Source: Bacteroidales bacterium
Lineage (GTDB): Bacteria > Bacteroidota > Bacteroidia > Bacteroidales > VadinHA17
Length of the DNA stretch: 34,546 nt
Assembly (NCBI GenBank): GCA_017882245.1
Contig: JADGPV010000202.1
Span: forward strand, 1 to 34,546
Direction: 5' to 3'
How positions within the stretch are numbered: position 1 is the stretch's first letter; the number at the start of each line of letters is the position of its first letter. The notes under the pieces are model-generated. The model made no database searches. It was given only the letters and a program-made list of their open reading frames with translations, and had not been told where the DNA came from. This document shows positions 26,411-34,546 of the stretch, one piece after another. The position numbers were made by a program, and so were the translations under genes.

Positions 26411-27385
26411 TCATCTTGCTCTCCCTATAAGGTTCACTGCCAGTTGTTTAATCTCATTCTTCCGTTCAGCTTTCACTGCTACCTGATCGAGCGATTCGAA
26501 GGCTTTATTAAAATATTCATATGCCAGCTTCTCAGCCTGAAGGCGTATCTCCAGCTCATCAAAGATGGCTTTCATTTCCTGTATTTTCTCCTCAGGGTCG
26601 TGGTTCCTGGCTTCAAGCAGTTTTCTAAGCTGGCGCAGCTTCTCTCCACCGGCCATCTCAAGGGCTTTGACAAGGAGATATGTCTTCTTATTGGCTACTA
26701 TGTCGCTGCCGGTTTTTTTACCGAACATCCTTGTCTCGCCATATGTATCAAGTACGTCATCCTGTATCTGAAAGGCCAATCCAAGGCTTCGTCCGAAGTC
26801 GTACAGAAGATCCTGATCTTTTTCAGATGCATCACCGATTATTGCACCGATCCTGAGTGAAGCTGCAATCAAAACAGCGGTCTTCAGTTCTATCATACGA
26901 AGATATTCGCCTTCGGTTACCAGGCCCTTTTTCTCATAATCGATATCCAGTTGCTGGCCCGTGCAAACCTCAATTGCAGTTTTATTAAAAAGCTTTAGAG
27001 TCCTGGCGAGCATCCTCTCCGGCGCCTGTCCGATACATTCAGTTGCCACAAATGCCATCACGTCACCTGATAGTACCGCCTGGTCTGCTCCCCACTTCGA
27101 ATGTACTGTGGGCGAACCTCTCCTGAGGTCAGATTTATCAATCATATCGTCATGGACAAGGGTAAAATTGTGAAACACCTCAACACCTACCGCAGGCATA
27201 ACAGCATCGTCAATTTTATCATTGAAAAGATTACAGGCCATCAGGCACATCACCGGTCTCAGTCTTTTTCCCCCGAGCGACAGGATATACCTTACTGGCT
27301 CGAAAAGCTTCCCGGCTTCTGGCGGGACAACAAGGTTGGTTATAACTTTGTCTGACAGCTCTCTAAGATAATCGCTATTGAACAT
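26411..27385 (-). CDS. polyprenyl diphosphate synthase (trans-isoprenyl diphosphate synthase family)
   Basis: First Asp-rich motif LVHDDMID, second Asp-rich motif FQIQDDVLD, GKRLRP, and KKTGSD. Confidence 0.9.
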   Translation of the reverse strand: MFNSDYLRELSDKVITNLVVPPEAGKLFEPVRYILSLGGKRLRPVMCLMACNLFNDKIDDAVMPAVGVEVFHNFTLVHDDMIDKSDLRRGSPTVHSKWGADQAVLSGDVMAFVATECIGQAPERMLARTLKLFNKTAIEVCTGQQLDIDYEKKGLVTEGEYLRMIELKTAVLIAASLRIGAIIGDASEKDQDLLYDFGRSLGLAFQIQDDVLDTYGETRMFGKKTGSDIVANKKTYLLVKALEMAGGEKLRQLRKLLEARNHDPEEKIQEMKAIFDELEIRLQAEKLAYEYFNKAFESLDQVAVKAERKNEIKQLAVNLIGRAR

Positions 27386-27399
27386 CTCTTCTCAATTTG

Positions 27400-28287
27400 T
27401 TACCCTTTCAGTGCTTCTGCACCGCTGACTACCTCAAGCAGCTGGTTTGTGATTGCAGCCTGACGGGCATTGTTATACTGCAGTGTAAGATCCTTGATAA
27501 GCTCCGTAGCATTGTCCGTCGCCTGATGCATAGCAGTCATGCGGGCGCCATGCTCGGCAGCAAAGGAGTCTAATAAAGCCTTGTACAATTGTATTCGCAG
27601 TGACTTTGGGATCAGTTCGCTGACTATACTCACCTGGTCAGGTTCATAAATATAATCTGTCACCACTGATCCTGCCTTTCCGGCGGGGGCGGTTGATACT
27701 GGCAGATAGACCTCTTCAGTGAGTTTCTGCACAGCAGCATTCCTGAACTGGTTGTAAACAATCTCTATTCTGTCATATTCTTTTGTCAGATAGAGGTTCA
27801 TTAACTTGTCAGCTATCTGTTTGGTCCTGTCGAAAGTAAGACCTGCATACAGATTATTATGTTCTTCGAGAATGTTGCATTTCAACTTTCTGAGAGCATC
27901 GTAACCCTTCTTTCCTATAGGCATGAACCAGAGGTCTCCCCTGCGAAACTGTTCACTGTACTTCTCCGCTATCAGGCGCCTCGTGTCTCTGAGGATATTG
28001 GCATTAAAACCGCCGCAGAGGCCTTTGTTTGAAGTAACAACAACAAGAAGTACGCGTCCGTTGCTGTTTTTTCTTTCAGCAAAAAGGTTCTCGATCTCCG
28101 TATCACGGAGGGCGGTATTCAGTCCTATCAGTATCTCATTGAGCTTATCCGCATAAGGCCTTAACTGTACTATTGCGTCCTGTGCCTTACGCAGTTTAGC
28201 TGCCGCCACCATCTTCATCGCCGAGGTGATCTGGCGAGTGGATTTGACCGAACCGAGTCTGACCCTTATTGCCTTTAGGTTAGCCAT
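27400..28287 (-). CDS. atpG: F1 ATP synthase gamma subunit
   Basis: MANLKAIRVRLGSVKSTRQITSAMKMVAAAKLRKAQ at the N-terminus and ...ARQAAITNQLLEVVSGAEAL at the C-terminus. Confidence 0.95.
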   Translation of the reverse strand: MANLKAIRVRLGSVKSTRQITSAMKMVAAAKLRKAQDAIVQLRPYADKLNEILIGLNTALRDTEIENLFAERKNSNGRVLLVVVTSNKGLCGGFNANILRDTRRLIAEKYSEQFRRGDLWFMPIGKKGYDALRKLKCNILEEHNNLYAGLTFDRTKQIADKLMNLYLTKEYDRIEIVYNQFRNAAVQKLTEEVYLPVSTAPAGKAGSVVTDYIYEPDQVSIVSELIPKSLRIQLYKALLDSFAAEHGARMTAMHQATDNATELIKDLTLQYNNARQAAITNQLLEVVSGAEALKG

Positions 28288-28308
28288 CTTCCTTTCCCTG
28301 TTTTCAGG

Positions 28309-29895
28309 TTATCGTGATGTGAAACGGCTTGCCACATCGGCTGCTGCTGCGTTCAGCACCCTGATCACATCCTCATTGATAATACCCTGTCTTATCGTTT
28401 CGAGCGTGTCACTATTATGATCACGGAGAAATTGAATAAAGTCCTTTTCAAAATCCCTGACCTTTAGCAGGGGGATATCCTTTAAAAGAGCATTGGTTCC
28501 GCAGTAGATTATTGCTACCTGTTCCTCAACCTTTACCGGTGAATACTGGTTCTGCTTAAGTATCTCAACATTCTTTGCGCCCTTGTCAAGGACCGCAAGC
28601 GTAGATGCGTCGAGGTCAGAGCCGAACTTTGAAAAGGCTTCGAGCTCACGGTACTGCGCCTGGTCGACCTTCAATGTGCCGGCTATCTTTTTCATTGACT
28701 TGATCTGAGCGTTGCCTCCAACCCTTGATACGGATATACCAACGTTGATGGCAGGTCTTATGCCTGCATTGAAGAGGCTCGTTTCAAGGAATATCTGCCC
28801 GTCAGTGATCGAGATAACGTTTGTGGGTATATAGGCTGCCACATCACCGGCCTGTGTCTCAATTATGGGCAGTGCTGTCAGGGACCCTCCGCCTTTGACC
28901 ATGTGATGGATCGACTCGGGTATGTCATTCATAGCCTGCGCCACCTTGTCTGACTCAATGATCTTTGCTGCCCTCTCAAGGAGGCGTGAGTGCAGATAAA
29001 AGACATCGCCGGGATAGGCTTCGCGTCCGGGCGGACGGCGCAGCAGCAGTGATACCTCGCGATATGAAACAGCCTGTTTTGACAGGTCGTCATAAATTAT
29101 CAGCGCATCGCGGCCGGTGTCACGGAAGAATTCTCCGATGGCAGCACCGGCAAACGGGGCATAGAATTGCGCCGCAGCAGGGTCAGATGCAGTGGCACTT
29201 ACAATAACCGTGTAGTCCATTGCACCATAGGTATCAAGAGTAGCGGCTATATTTGCCACGGTTGATCCTTTCTGCCCGATTGCAACATAAATGCAATATA
29301 CAGGCTTGCCTTTTTCGTATTCGCTTCGCTGGTTTATAATAGTGTCAATAGCAATGGCGGTCTTGCCTGTCTGACGGTCGCCGATGATAAGCTCACGTTG
29401 TCCTCTGCCGATAGGTATCATTGCATCGATCGCCTTCAGTCCGGTCTGTACCGGCTGTTTAACGGGCTGCCTGAAGATGACACCCGGGGCTTTTCTCTCA
29501 AAAGGCATCTCATAAAGGTCGCCTGTTACCGGCCCTTTGCCGTCGATCGGCTCGCCAGTGGTGGTGATGACTCTTCCCAGAAGGCCTTCGCCTACCATTA
29601 TTGATGAGATCCTGCCGGTCCTGCGGGCAATATCACCCTCCTTGATCTTTTCCGACAGGCCAAGGAGAACAACACCGACATTGTCTTCCTCCAGGTTGAG
29701 GACAATCCCCTTGATGCCGGATTCTACAAACTCGATCAGTTCATTCGAACCTACGTTCCTGAGGCCGTAGATGTGTGCAATCCCGTCTCCGACCTGCAGC
29801 ACCGTTCCAACTTCCTCAACATCAATAGCCGTACTGACACCCTCAAGTTGCTGTTTTAGAATCTTTGATACCTCTGAAGGTTTAATATTGGTCAT
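28309..29895 (-). CDS. atpA: F1 ATP synthase alpha subunit
   Basis: Walker A GDRQTGKT, plus the blocks [55 protein letters not shown] and [14 protein letters not shown]. Confidence 0.97.
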   Translation of the reverse strand: MTNIKPSEVSKILKQQLEGVSTAIDVEEVGTVLQVGDGIAHIYGLRNVGSNELIEFVESGIKGIVLNLEEDNVGVVLLGLSEKIKEGDIARRTGRISSIMVGEGLLGRVITTTGEPIDGKGPVTGDLYEMPFERKAPGVIFRQPVKQPVQTGLKAIDAMIPIGRGQRELIIGDRQTGKTAIAIDTIINQRSEYEKGKPVYCIYVAIGQKGSTVANIAATLDTYGAMDYTVIVSATASDPAAAQFYAPFAGAAIGEFFRDTGRDALIIYDDLSKQAVSYREVSLLLRRPPGREAYPGDVFYLHSRLLERAAKIIESDKVAQAMNDIPESIHHMVKGGGSLTALPIIETQAGDVAAYIPTNVISITDGQIFLETSLFNAGIRPAINVGISVSRVGGNAQIKSMKKIAGTLKVDQAQYRELEAFSKFGSDLDASTLAVLDKGAKNVEILKQNQYSPVKVEEQVAIIYCGTNALLKDIPLLKVRDFEKDFIQFLRDHNSDTLETIRQGIINEDVIRVLNAAAADVASRFTSR

Positions 29896-29916
29896 ATCAT
29901 TAAATCTTATATACTA

Positions 29917-30465
29917 TCATTCGGCATATCCTGCCAGTGAAAATTCTTTTCTGAAATGGTTCAGTCTGGTCCTGACGCTTGCATCAATGTAAGCGTCATC
30001 GACCCTGAGAATGAAGCCTCCGATAACAGAGCTGTTAACCTGTTCGATGAATTCAATCTTACCATTTGTTTCGCCGGTAATTAATGCTGCCAGCTCTTTT
30101 TTCAGTCCGGCCTTTACCGGTACTGCAGTCGTGATTGTGACCTGACGTATTCCCCTGTGCCTACGGGTGAGGTCAAGGTAATTTCTTGCTGCTGCTTCAA
30201 GGTGATCGCCACGGCCATGACTGAACATCAGTTCAATAAATCTTACAGTAAGTTTATTTGTGCCGTTGCCAGCAAGTGCTATTATTATCTCTCTTCTTTT
30301 TTTCTGCGGAATAACCGGGTTAGTAATGACCTCTTTCACCTCTGTCATTGCACATAACCGGTCAATAACCTTTATATCATCATAAACTGCATCAATTACA
30401 TTATGCTCCTCAGCAAGGTCAAAGAGCGCCTTCGCATATCTTACTGATATCTTGCTGTAGTTCAT
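29917..30465 (-). CDS. atpH: F1 ATP synthase delta (OSCP) subunit
   Basis: SVRYAKALFDLAEE N-terminus and VIGGFILRVDDAYIDASVRTRL C-terminus. Position between atpF and atpA. Confidence 0.88.
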   Translation of the reverse strand: MNYSKISVRYAKALFDLAEEHNVIDAVYDDIKVIDRLCAMTEVKEVITNPVIPQKKRREIIIALAGNGTNKLTVRFIELMFSHGRGDHLEAAARNYLDLTRRHRGIRQVTITTAVPVKAGLKKELAALITGETNGKIEFIEQVNSSVIGGFILRVDDAYIDASVRTRLNHFRKEFSLAGYAE

Positions 30466-30470
30466 AAGGT

Positions 30471-30983
30471 TCAGTTACTGGTTGTTTCAATCTCCTTAAG
30501 ATATCTTTCAATGAGCTTCTGCTGTTCGGCGTCGTTTTTAAGAGTTTGGCTGACCACCTTTGAAGCCACTTCAATTGCCAGCCCAGCCACTTCGCGTTTG
30601 ACTTCCGCTATTGCGGTATTTTTTTCGCGTTCAATAAGCTCCTTGGCACGTTTGACCATTGCATCTGCCTCCGATTGGCTCTTTTCTTTAGCTTCTGCCA
30701 GCATCCTTTCAGTTGACAACCGGGCATCGCGGATAATTTTATCTCTCTCCTCACGGGCTTTCCGAAGAACGGTTTCATTGTCAGCCTGGAGGACTTTCAT
30801 TTCCTCACGTGCTTTTTCCGCAGAATCAAGCGCATTTCGGATCATATCTTCACGTGACTTGACAGCCTTCATGATGGGTCCCCAGGCAAACTTCCATAGT
30901 AGAAAAAACAATATGAAGAAGATCAGGGTCGTCCAGAAAACTGTCCCTATGGCGGGAGTTGCGAGACTACTTGCTAGTAACAT
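30471..30983 (-). CDS. atpF: Fo ATP synthase subunit b
   Basis: A single N-terminal TM helix followed by a long charged coiled-coil (EEMKVLQADNETVLRKAREERDKII...). Position between atpE and atpH. Confidence 0.88.
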   Translation of the reverse strand: MLLASSLATPAIGTVFWTTLIFFILFFLLWKFAWGPIMKAVKSREDMIRNALDSAEKAREEMKVLQADNETVLRKAREERDKIIRDARLSTERMLAEAKEKSQSEADAMVKRAKELIEREKNTAIAEVKREVAGLAIEVASKVVSQTLKNDAEQQKLIERYLKEIETTSN

Positions 30984-31050
30984 ATCTTAATTTTCTTTTA
31001 AGTTTCTGAAGAAAGCCTGCAACCAACCGTTGCAGGCTTCATTTTACTGC

Positions 31051-31260
<210 letters not shown>

Positions 31261-31290
31261 TTAATTTAGTTGAATAAAAATATGTTGATG

Positions 31291-32367
31291 TTAATGATGT
31301 TCTTCTTCTGCTGTTGCCATTCCAATGAACAGGGAACTCAGGAGGGTGAAAACGTATGCCTGAAGAAACGCTACCAGTAATTCTATACAATCCATGAATA
31401 ACACGAAAAAAACAGAGACCGGAGCCACAAGGATTGTCTGGAAGATAAAAATCAGTGCTATGAGACTGAGTATGATGATATGACCCGCAACCATGTTGGC
31501 AAAAAGACGTATCATCAGCGCAAATGGCTTTGAAAAAAGTCCGATGATCTCCACCGGGATCATAATCGGTAACAGCCAGAAAGGTACTCCCGGAGCTTTG
31601 AAAACATGCTTCCAGTGATATTTGTTGGCGGTTAACTGCGTTATAAGGAATGTACACAATGCCAGAACAAAGGTCACGTTCACGTTACCTGTCACGTTTG
31701 CCCCGAACGGGAATATAGGGATAAGGCCCAGCAGGTTATTAATCAGGATAAAAAAGAAGACTGTCAGCAGGTATGGCATATAGCGGGCATACTTTTTCTC
31801 GCCTATATTGGGCATTGCAATATCATCCCTGATGAAAAGTATGACGGGTTCAAGGAACCCCTGTATGCCCTTCGGGGCTGAGATGCCTGTTTTCTTATAC
31901 GACCTGGCCAGCGAAAGCATCAGCCATAACAGTATGACTGCTGCAACGATCATACCGAAAATGGCCTTGGTGATTGAGAAATCAAGGGGAAGGTTTGTCT
32001 CGTCAGGATGTCCTTCCGAATTCACATGTACTATCTTCCCGGCATTGGTTCCTTCATGGGCTACGGTAAAACCCTCATAGCTGTGACCTTCAGCAATTTT
32101 CCTTGATGAAAAGATATGCAGCCCTGAAGCTTTATCATAAATTATTACCGGAAGATAGACCGCTACCGCAGAGCCATCCTTTTTTGTCAGGATATGCCAT
32201 TCATGGGAGTCCGCCACATGATCGAGGATATACGAACTGGCATCAAATTTCCCGTCACTTCCTGCACTTTTTTCTTCCTCTCCCTCAGGGTCTGCACCCA
32301 TAGTATAAAACGAGCCGGAAAGTAATCCGAACAGCAAGATTAATGTATATAAATACCTGATTTTCAA
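31291..32367 (-). CDS. atpB: Fo ATP synthase subunit a
   Basis: Essential-Arg motif LMIRLFANMVAGH. Polytopic, with an N-terminal signal-like extension. Confidence 0.9.
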   Translation of the reverse strand: MKIRYLYTLILLFGLLSGSFYTMGADPEGEEEKSAGSDGKFDASSYILDHVADSHEWHILTKKDGSAVAVYLPVIIYDKASGLHIFSSRKIAEGHSYEGFTVAHEGTNAGKIVHVNSEGHPDETNLPLDFSITKAIFGMIVAAVILLWLMLSLARSYKKTGISAPKGIQGFLEPVILFIRDDIAMPNIGEKKYARYMPYLLTVFFFILINNLLGLIPIFPFGANVTGNVNVTFVLALCTFLITQLTANKYHWKHVFKAPGVPFWLLPIMIPVEIIGLFSKPFALMIRLFANMVAGHIIILSLIALIFIFQTILVAPVSVFFVLFMDCIELLVAFLQAYVFTLLSSLFIGMATAEEEHH

Positions 32368-32378
32368 GCTTATTCTCT

Positions 32379-32771
32379 TTACATCGACTTTCTCTTCAGG
32401 AAGCTGAAAAATGTACTAAAAGTAAAAATCGCAAAGACCAAATATATGACAAAAAACAATACTACTGATCCCGGTTCTCTATTTTTAAAAATCACCAGGA
32501 ACACCAGTGCCAGGACAAATGACAGGATCATTTTCACTCCAATTGCAACGAAGGTGGTAAAGACGCTTTTTTCAGCATTTTTACCATATCCGTAGAAAAA
32601 AATAATCAGGGCGGTTAGAGATATCAGGGTGAATCCGCCTATGAGCGGAGCGATATTTCTCAAAGGGAAAAAAGAAGGGAAAATCCTTGTTATGCCCGAA
32701 AGAATCAATTGTATAAGAAGCGCAAAAAGGAGTAGGAAAAGATAAAGTTTTATTGCTTTAGGCGTAAACAT
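32379..32771 (-). CDS. hypothetical 4-TM membrane protein preceding atpB (AtpI-like position)
   Basis: Entirely hydrophobic, no motif. The start is set at the Met at 32771 (MFTPKAIKLY), 1 nt after the AtpZ stop. The ORF track start at 32792 would overlap that gene by 20 nt. Confidence 0.5.
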   Translation of the reverse strand: MFTPKAIKLYLFLLLFALLIQLILSGITRIFPSFFPLRNIAPLIGGFTLISLTALIIFFYGYGKNAEKSVFTTFVAIGVKMILSFVLALVFLVIFKNREPGSVVLFFVIYLVFAIFTFSTFFSFLKRKSM

Positions 32772-32772
32772 C

Positions 32773-33015
32773 CTATTTATTCCTGATGGCATCTTTGATT
32801 ATCAGCCACATGGCTGCTGCCACGCCCAGCAAAGACAGAATGATTGTGAATAATGGCTTGGTGCCTGCCAGCTTATCCAGCTTAACTCCACCCAGGGATG
32901 CTACAACGATTATTACCACCATCTGTAATGCGATAGTGGTGTACCTGGAGTAAGCTGAAAGGCCGCCCTCCTGGCTATTTTTCTCCTTCTTTGGATTTGA
33001 CTGCTGATCCTCCAT
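32773..33015 (-). CDS. AtpZ/AtpI family small membrane protein
   Basis: YSRYTTIALQMVVIIVVASLGGVKLDKLAGTKPLFTIILSLLGVAAAMW fits the two-helix AtpZ pattern. The start is at 33015 or 33024, and either overlaps the bactofilin gene 3' end. Confidence 0.6.
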   Translation of the reverse strand: MEDQQSNPKKEKNSQEGGLSAYSRYTTIALQMVVIIVVASLGGVKLDKLAGTKPLFTIILSLLGVAAAMWLIIKDAIRNK

Positions 33016-33364
33016 TGTCACCATCTTTCATTGAACAGTTACCGGTAAACAGGGCCCCCGGTTCAATAGAAAGCTTGCCGGTAACGATAGTGCCGTTAAT
33101 TCTTGAAGAAGCTTTCAGGTTCAGGAGCTGGGAGACACTTATTTTGCCGTCAATAACCCCTGACACTTCAGAATTCTTGCATTCAACTTCACCTTTCACG
33201 CGGCCCGTGGAACCTATGACCACCTTGCCTTTGGTTGCAAGGTTGCCATTCAGGATTCCGTCGATACGAATGTCGCCTGATGATTTTATGTCACCTGTAA
33301 TTTCGGTGCCCTGGCTCAGAAGGTTAATTGCTGCAGTGTTGTCTGTCTCATTCATTTTTGCCAT
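32975..33364 (-). CDS. bactofilin (polymer-forming cytoskeletal protein, DUF583)
   Basis: Beta-helical repeat pattern ITGDIKSSGDIRIDGILNGNLATKGKVVIGSTGRVKGEVECKNSEVSGVIDGKISV...INGTIVTGKLSIEPGALFTGNCSM. Confidence 0.85.
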   Translation of the reverse strand: MAKMNETDNTAAINLLSQGTEITGDIKSSGDIRIDGILNGNLATKGKVVIGSTGRVKGEVECKNSEVSGVIDGKISVSQLLNLKASSRINGTIVTGKLSIEPGALFTGNCSMKDGDNGGSAVKSKEGEK

Positions 33365-33425
33365 AACGATAAATGTTTATTCCCTTTGTAGGGGCGAAGC
33401 ATGTTGAACCCCTACATTTAACCCA

Positions 33426-33433
33426 CAAATATA
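33426..33433 (-). promoter_or_regulatory. candidate -7 promoter box TATATTTG (minus strand) for the bactofilin-atp operon
   Basis: TAnnTTTG match about 60 nt upstream of the start at 33364. A 7-bp hairpin (GTAGGGG...CCCCTAC, 33390-33417) lies in the putative leader. Confidence 0.3.
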
Positions 33434-33468
33434 GAAAGTATTGTGTATCATGGACGAAAAGAGGGTTC

Positions 33469-34479
33469 TTATTCTTTCCCGGACACCGGGTCATACGCCC
33501 ACTTCACCCACATGCTTCCCCAGGTGAATCCGCCGCCGAATGCAGCAAGAATGAGGTTATCCCCCTTTTTGAGCCTGTTTTCAAATTCCCATATACAGAG
33601 GGGTATGGTTGCTGCGGTTGTGTTGCCGTAGTTCTGAATATTGATCATGACCTTCTCGGGTGGCAGGCCCATTCTGCGGCCTGTGGCATCAATGATCCTT
33701 AGGTTTGCCTGATGTGGCACAAGCCACGCGATATCCTCTGATCTGAGATTGTTCTTTTCCATGATCTCTGCCGCCACATCAGCCATGTTTGACACGGCAA
33801 ACTTAAAAACGGATTGCCCTTCCTGATAGATGAAGTGTTCGCGGGCATCAACAGTTTCATGTGATGCAGGTCTTAATGAGCCTCCCGCTTTCATGTGCAG
33901 GTATTTTCTTCCCGAGCCGTCAACCCTGAAGATATGGTCCATTATACCGTATTCCTCTTCGGTCGGTTCCAGGAGGACTGCGCCGCCGGCATCGCCGAAC
34001 AGGGTGCAGGTAGTCCTGTCAGTATAGTCTGTGATTGCCGACATCTTGTCAGCACCAACAACAATGACCTTTTTGTATCTGCCCGACTCCACGTAAGAAG
34101 CGCCTGTCTGCAGGGCAAAGAGGAAGCCGGAACAGGCGGCATTCAGGTCAAAGCTGAAAGCATTCTTAATACCAGCCTTGTCTGAAATGATATTTGAAGT
34201 TGCAGGAAAAAGCATGTCGGGAGTGACAGTGGCACAGATGAGAAGGTCTATATCGTCAGGTGAGGTTTTTGTCTTTTCAAGTAATCCTCTCACCGCCTGT
34301 TCGCCCAGATCAGACGTTGCTTTGCCTTCCCCTTTTAATATTCTCCTTTCCCTGATCCCCACGCGTTGCATTATCCACTCATCGGTGGTGTCAACCATTG
34401 TTGAAAGCTCGCTGTTGGTGAGACGGTATTCAGGAACCCATGCGTTAATGCCTGTTATAGCAGCTCTTGTTTTTGTCAT
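33469..34479 (-). CDS. fabH: beta-ketoacyl-ACP synthase III
   Basis: Active-site [19 protein letters not shown] and [10 protein letters not shown]. 336 aa. Confidence 0.95.
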   Translation of the reverse strand: MTKTRAAITGINAWVPEYRLTNSELSTMVDTTDEWIMQRVGIRERRILKGEGKATSDLGEQAVRGLLEKTKTSPDDIDLLICATVTPDMLFPATSNIISDKAGIKNAFSFDLNAACSGFLFALQTGASYVESGRYKKVIVVGADKMSAITDYTDRTTCTLFGDAGGAVLLEPTEEEYGIMDHIFRVDGSGRKYLHMKAGGSLRPASHETVDAREHFIYQEGQSVFKFAVSNMADVAAEIMEKNNLRSEDIAWLVPHQANLRIIDATGRRMGLPPEKVMINIQNYGNTTAATIPLCIWEFENRLKKGDNLILAAFGGGFTWGSMWVKWAYDPVSGKE

Positions 34480-34546
34480 GCTCCGACAGCTTCTTTGATC
34501 TTTCTCGCAAGGTCAGCATGAACCACGTCCCTGGTCTGAAGAATCA
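34476..34546 (-). CDS. 3' end of an upstream gene (probably phosphate acyltransferase PlsX by position); partial
   Basis: The minus-strand frame reads ...[22 protein letters not shown]-stop. Its TGA overlaps the fabH ATG (ATGA). The PlsX call rests on the common rpmF-plsX-fabH order, not on motifs. Confidence 0.4.
   Translation of the reverse strand, partial: ILQTRDVVHADLARKIKEAVGA

Noticed and set aside
30511-30990. 159-aa + strand ORF antisense to atpF, Ser/Ala-rich
   Set aside because: This is a mirror-image artefact of the Glu/Lys/Ala-rich coiled-coil coding sequence of subunit b, and it has no independent signals.

Overview
This is a Bacteroidota-like chromosomal window. Supporting gene content includes a giant DUF2723 membrane protein, a bactofilin/AtpZ-led F-type ATPase operon, a short epsilon subunit and TAnnTTTG-like -7 boxes. 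The window has two parts that differ in composition by eye. Nt 1 to about 8000 is AT-rich, and all its genes are on the + strand. They are a 5'-truncated plasma-membrane-type (IIIA-like) P-type ATPase, two secreted DUF6702-like paralogues flanking a secreted nucleoside-hydrolase/FmdE-like fusion protein, a membrane protein, a WecE-type sugar aminotransferase and a PLOD/LH3-like glycosyltransferase. This block ends at tRNA-Arg(CCT) (8001-8072, minus). Degenerate copies of the tRNA 3' end plus its terminator sit at about 5516-5607 and 7922-7946, which looks like scarring from a tRNA-targeted insertion. From 8.1 kb onward the DNA is GC-richer and mostly minus-strand. It starts with a tight six-gene operon: a Tat-exported molybdopterin oxidoreductase, a 4Fe-4S subunit, an NrfD membrane anchor, two half-size YeeE/YedE sulfur-transport proteins, and an exported rhodanese-like protein whose only cysteine is its last residue. 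After that come ettA, small membrane and lipoprotein genes, an orphan receiver domain, a DUF2723 protein divergent from a 964-aa HExxH/beta-propeller/barrel-like protein, and a group II PLP decarboxylase. The window ends with a full F1Fo ATP synthase set (a polyprenyl synthase lies between atpG and atpD), fabH and the tail of a probable plsX. I saw no CRISPR array, rRNA, integrase or transposase. All calls come from reading motifs in the supplied translations, and no database search was run.
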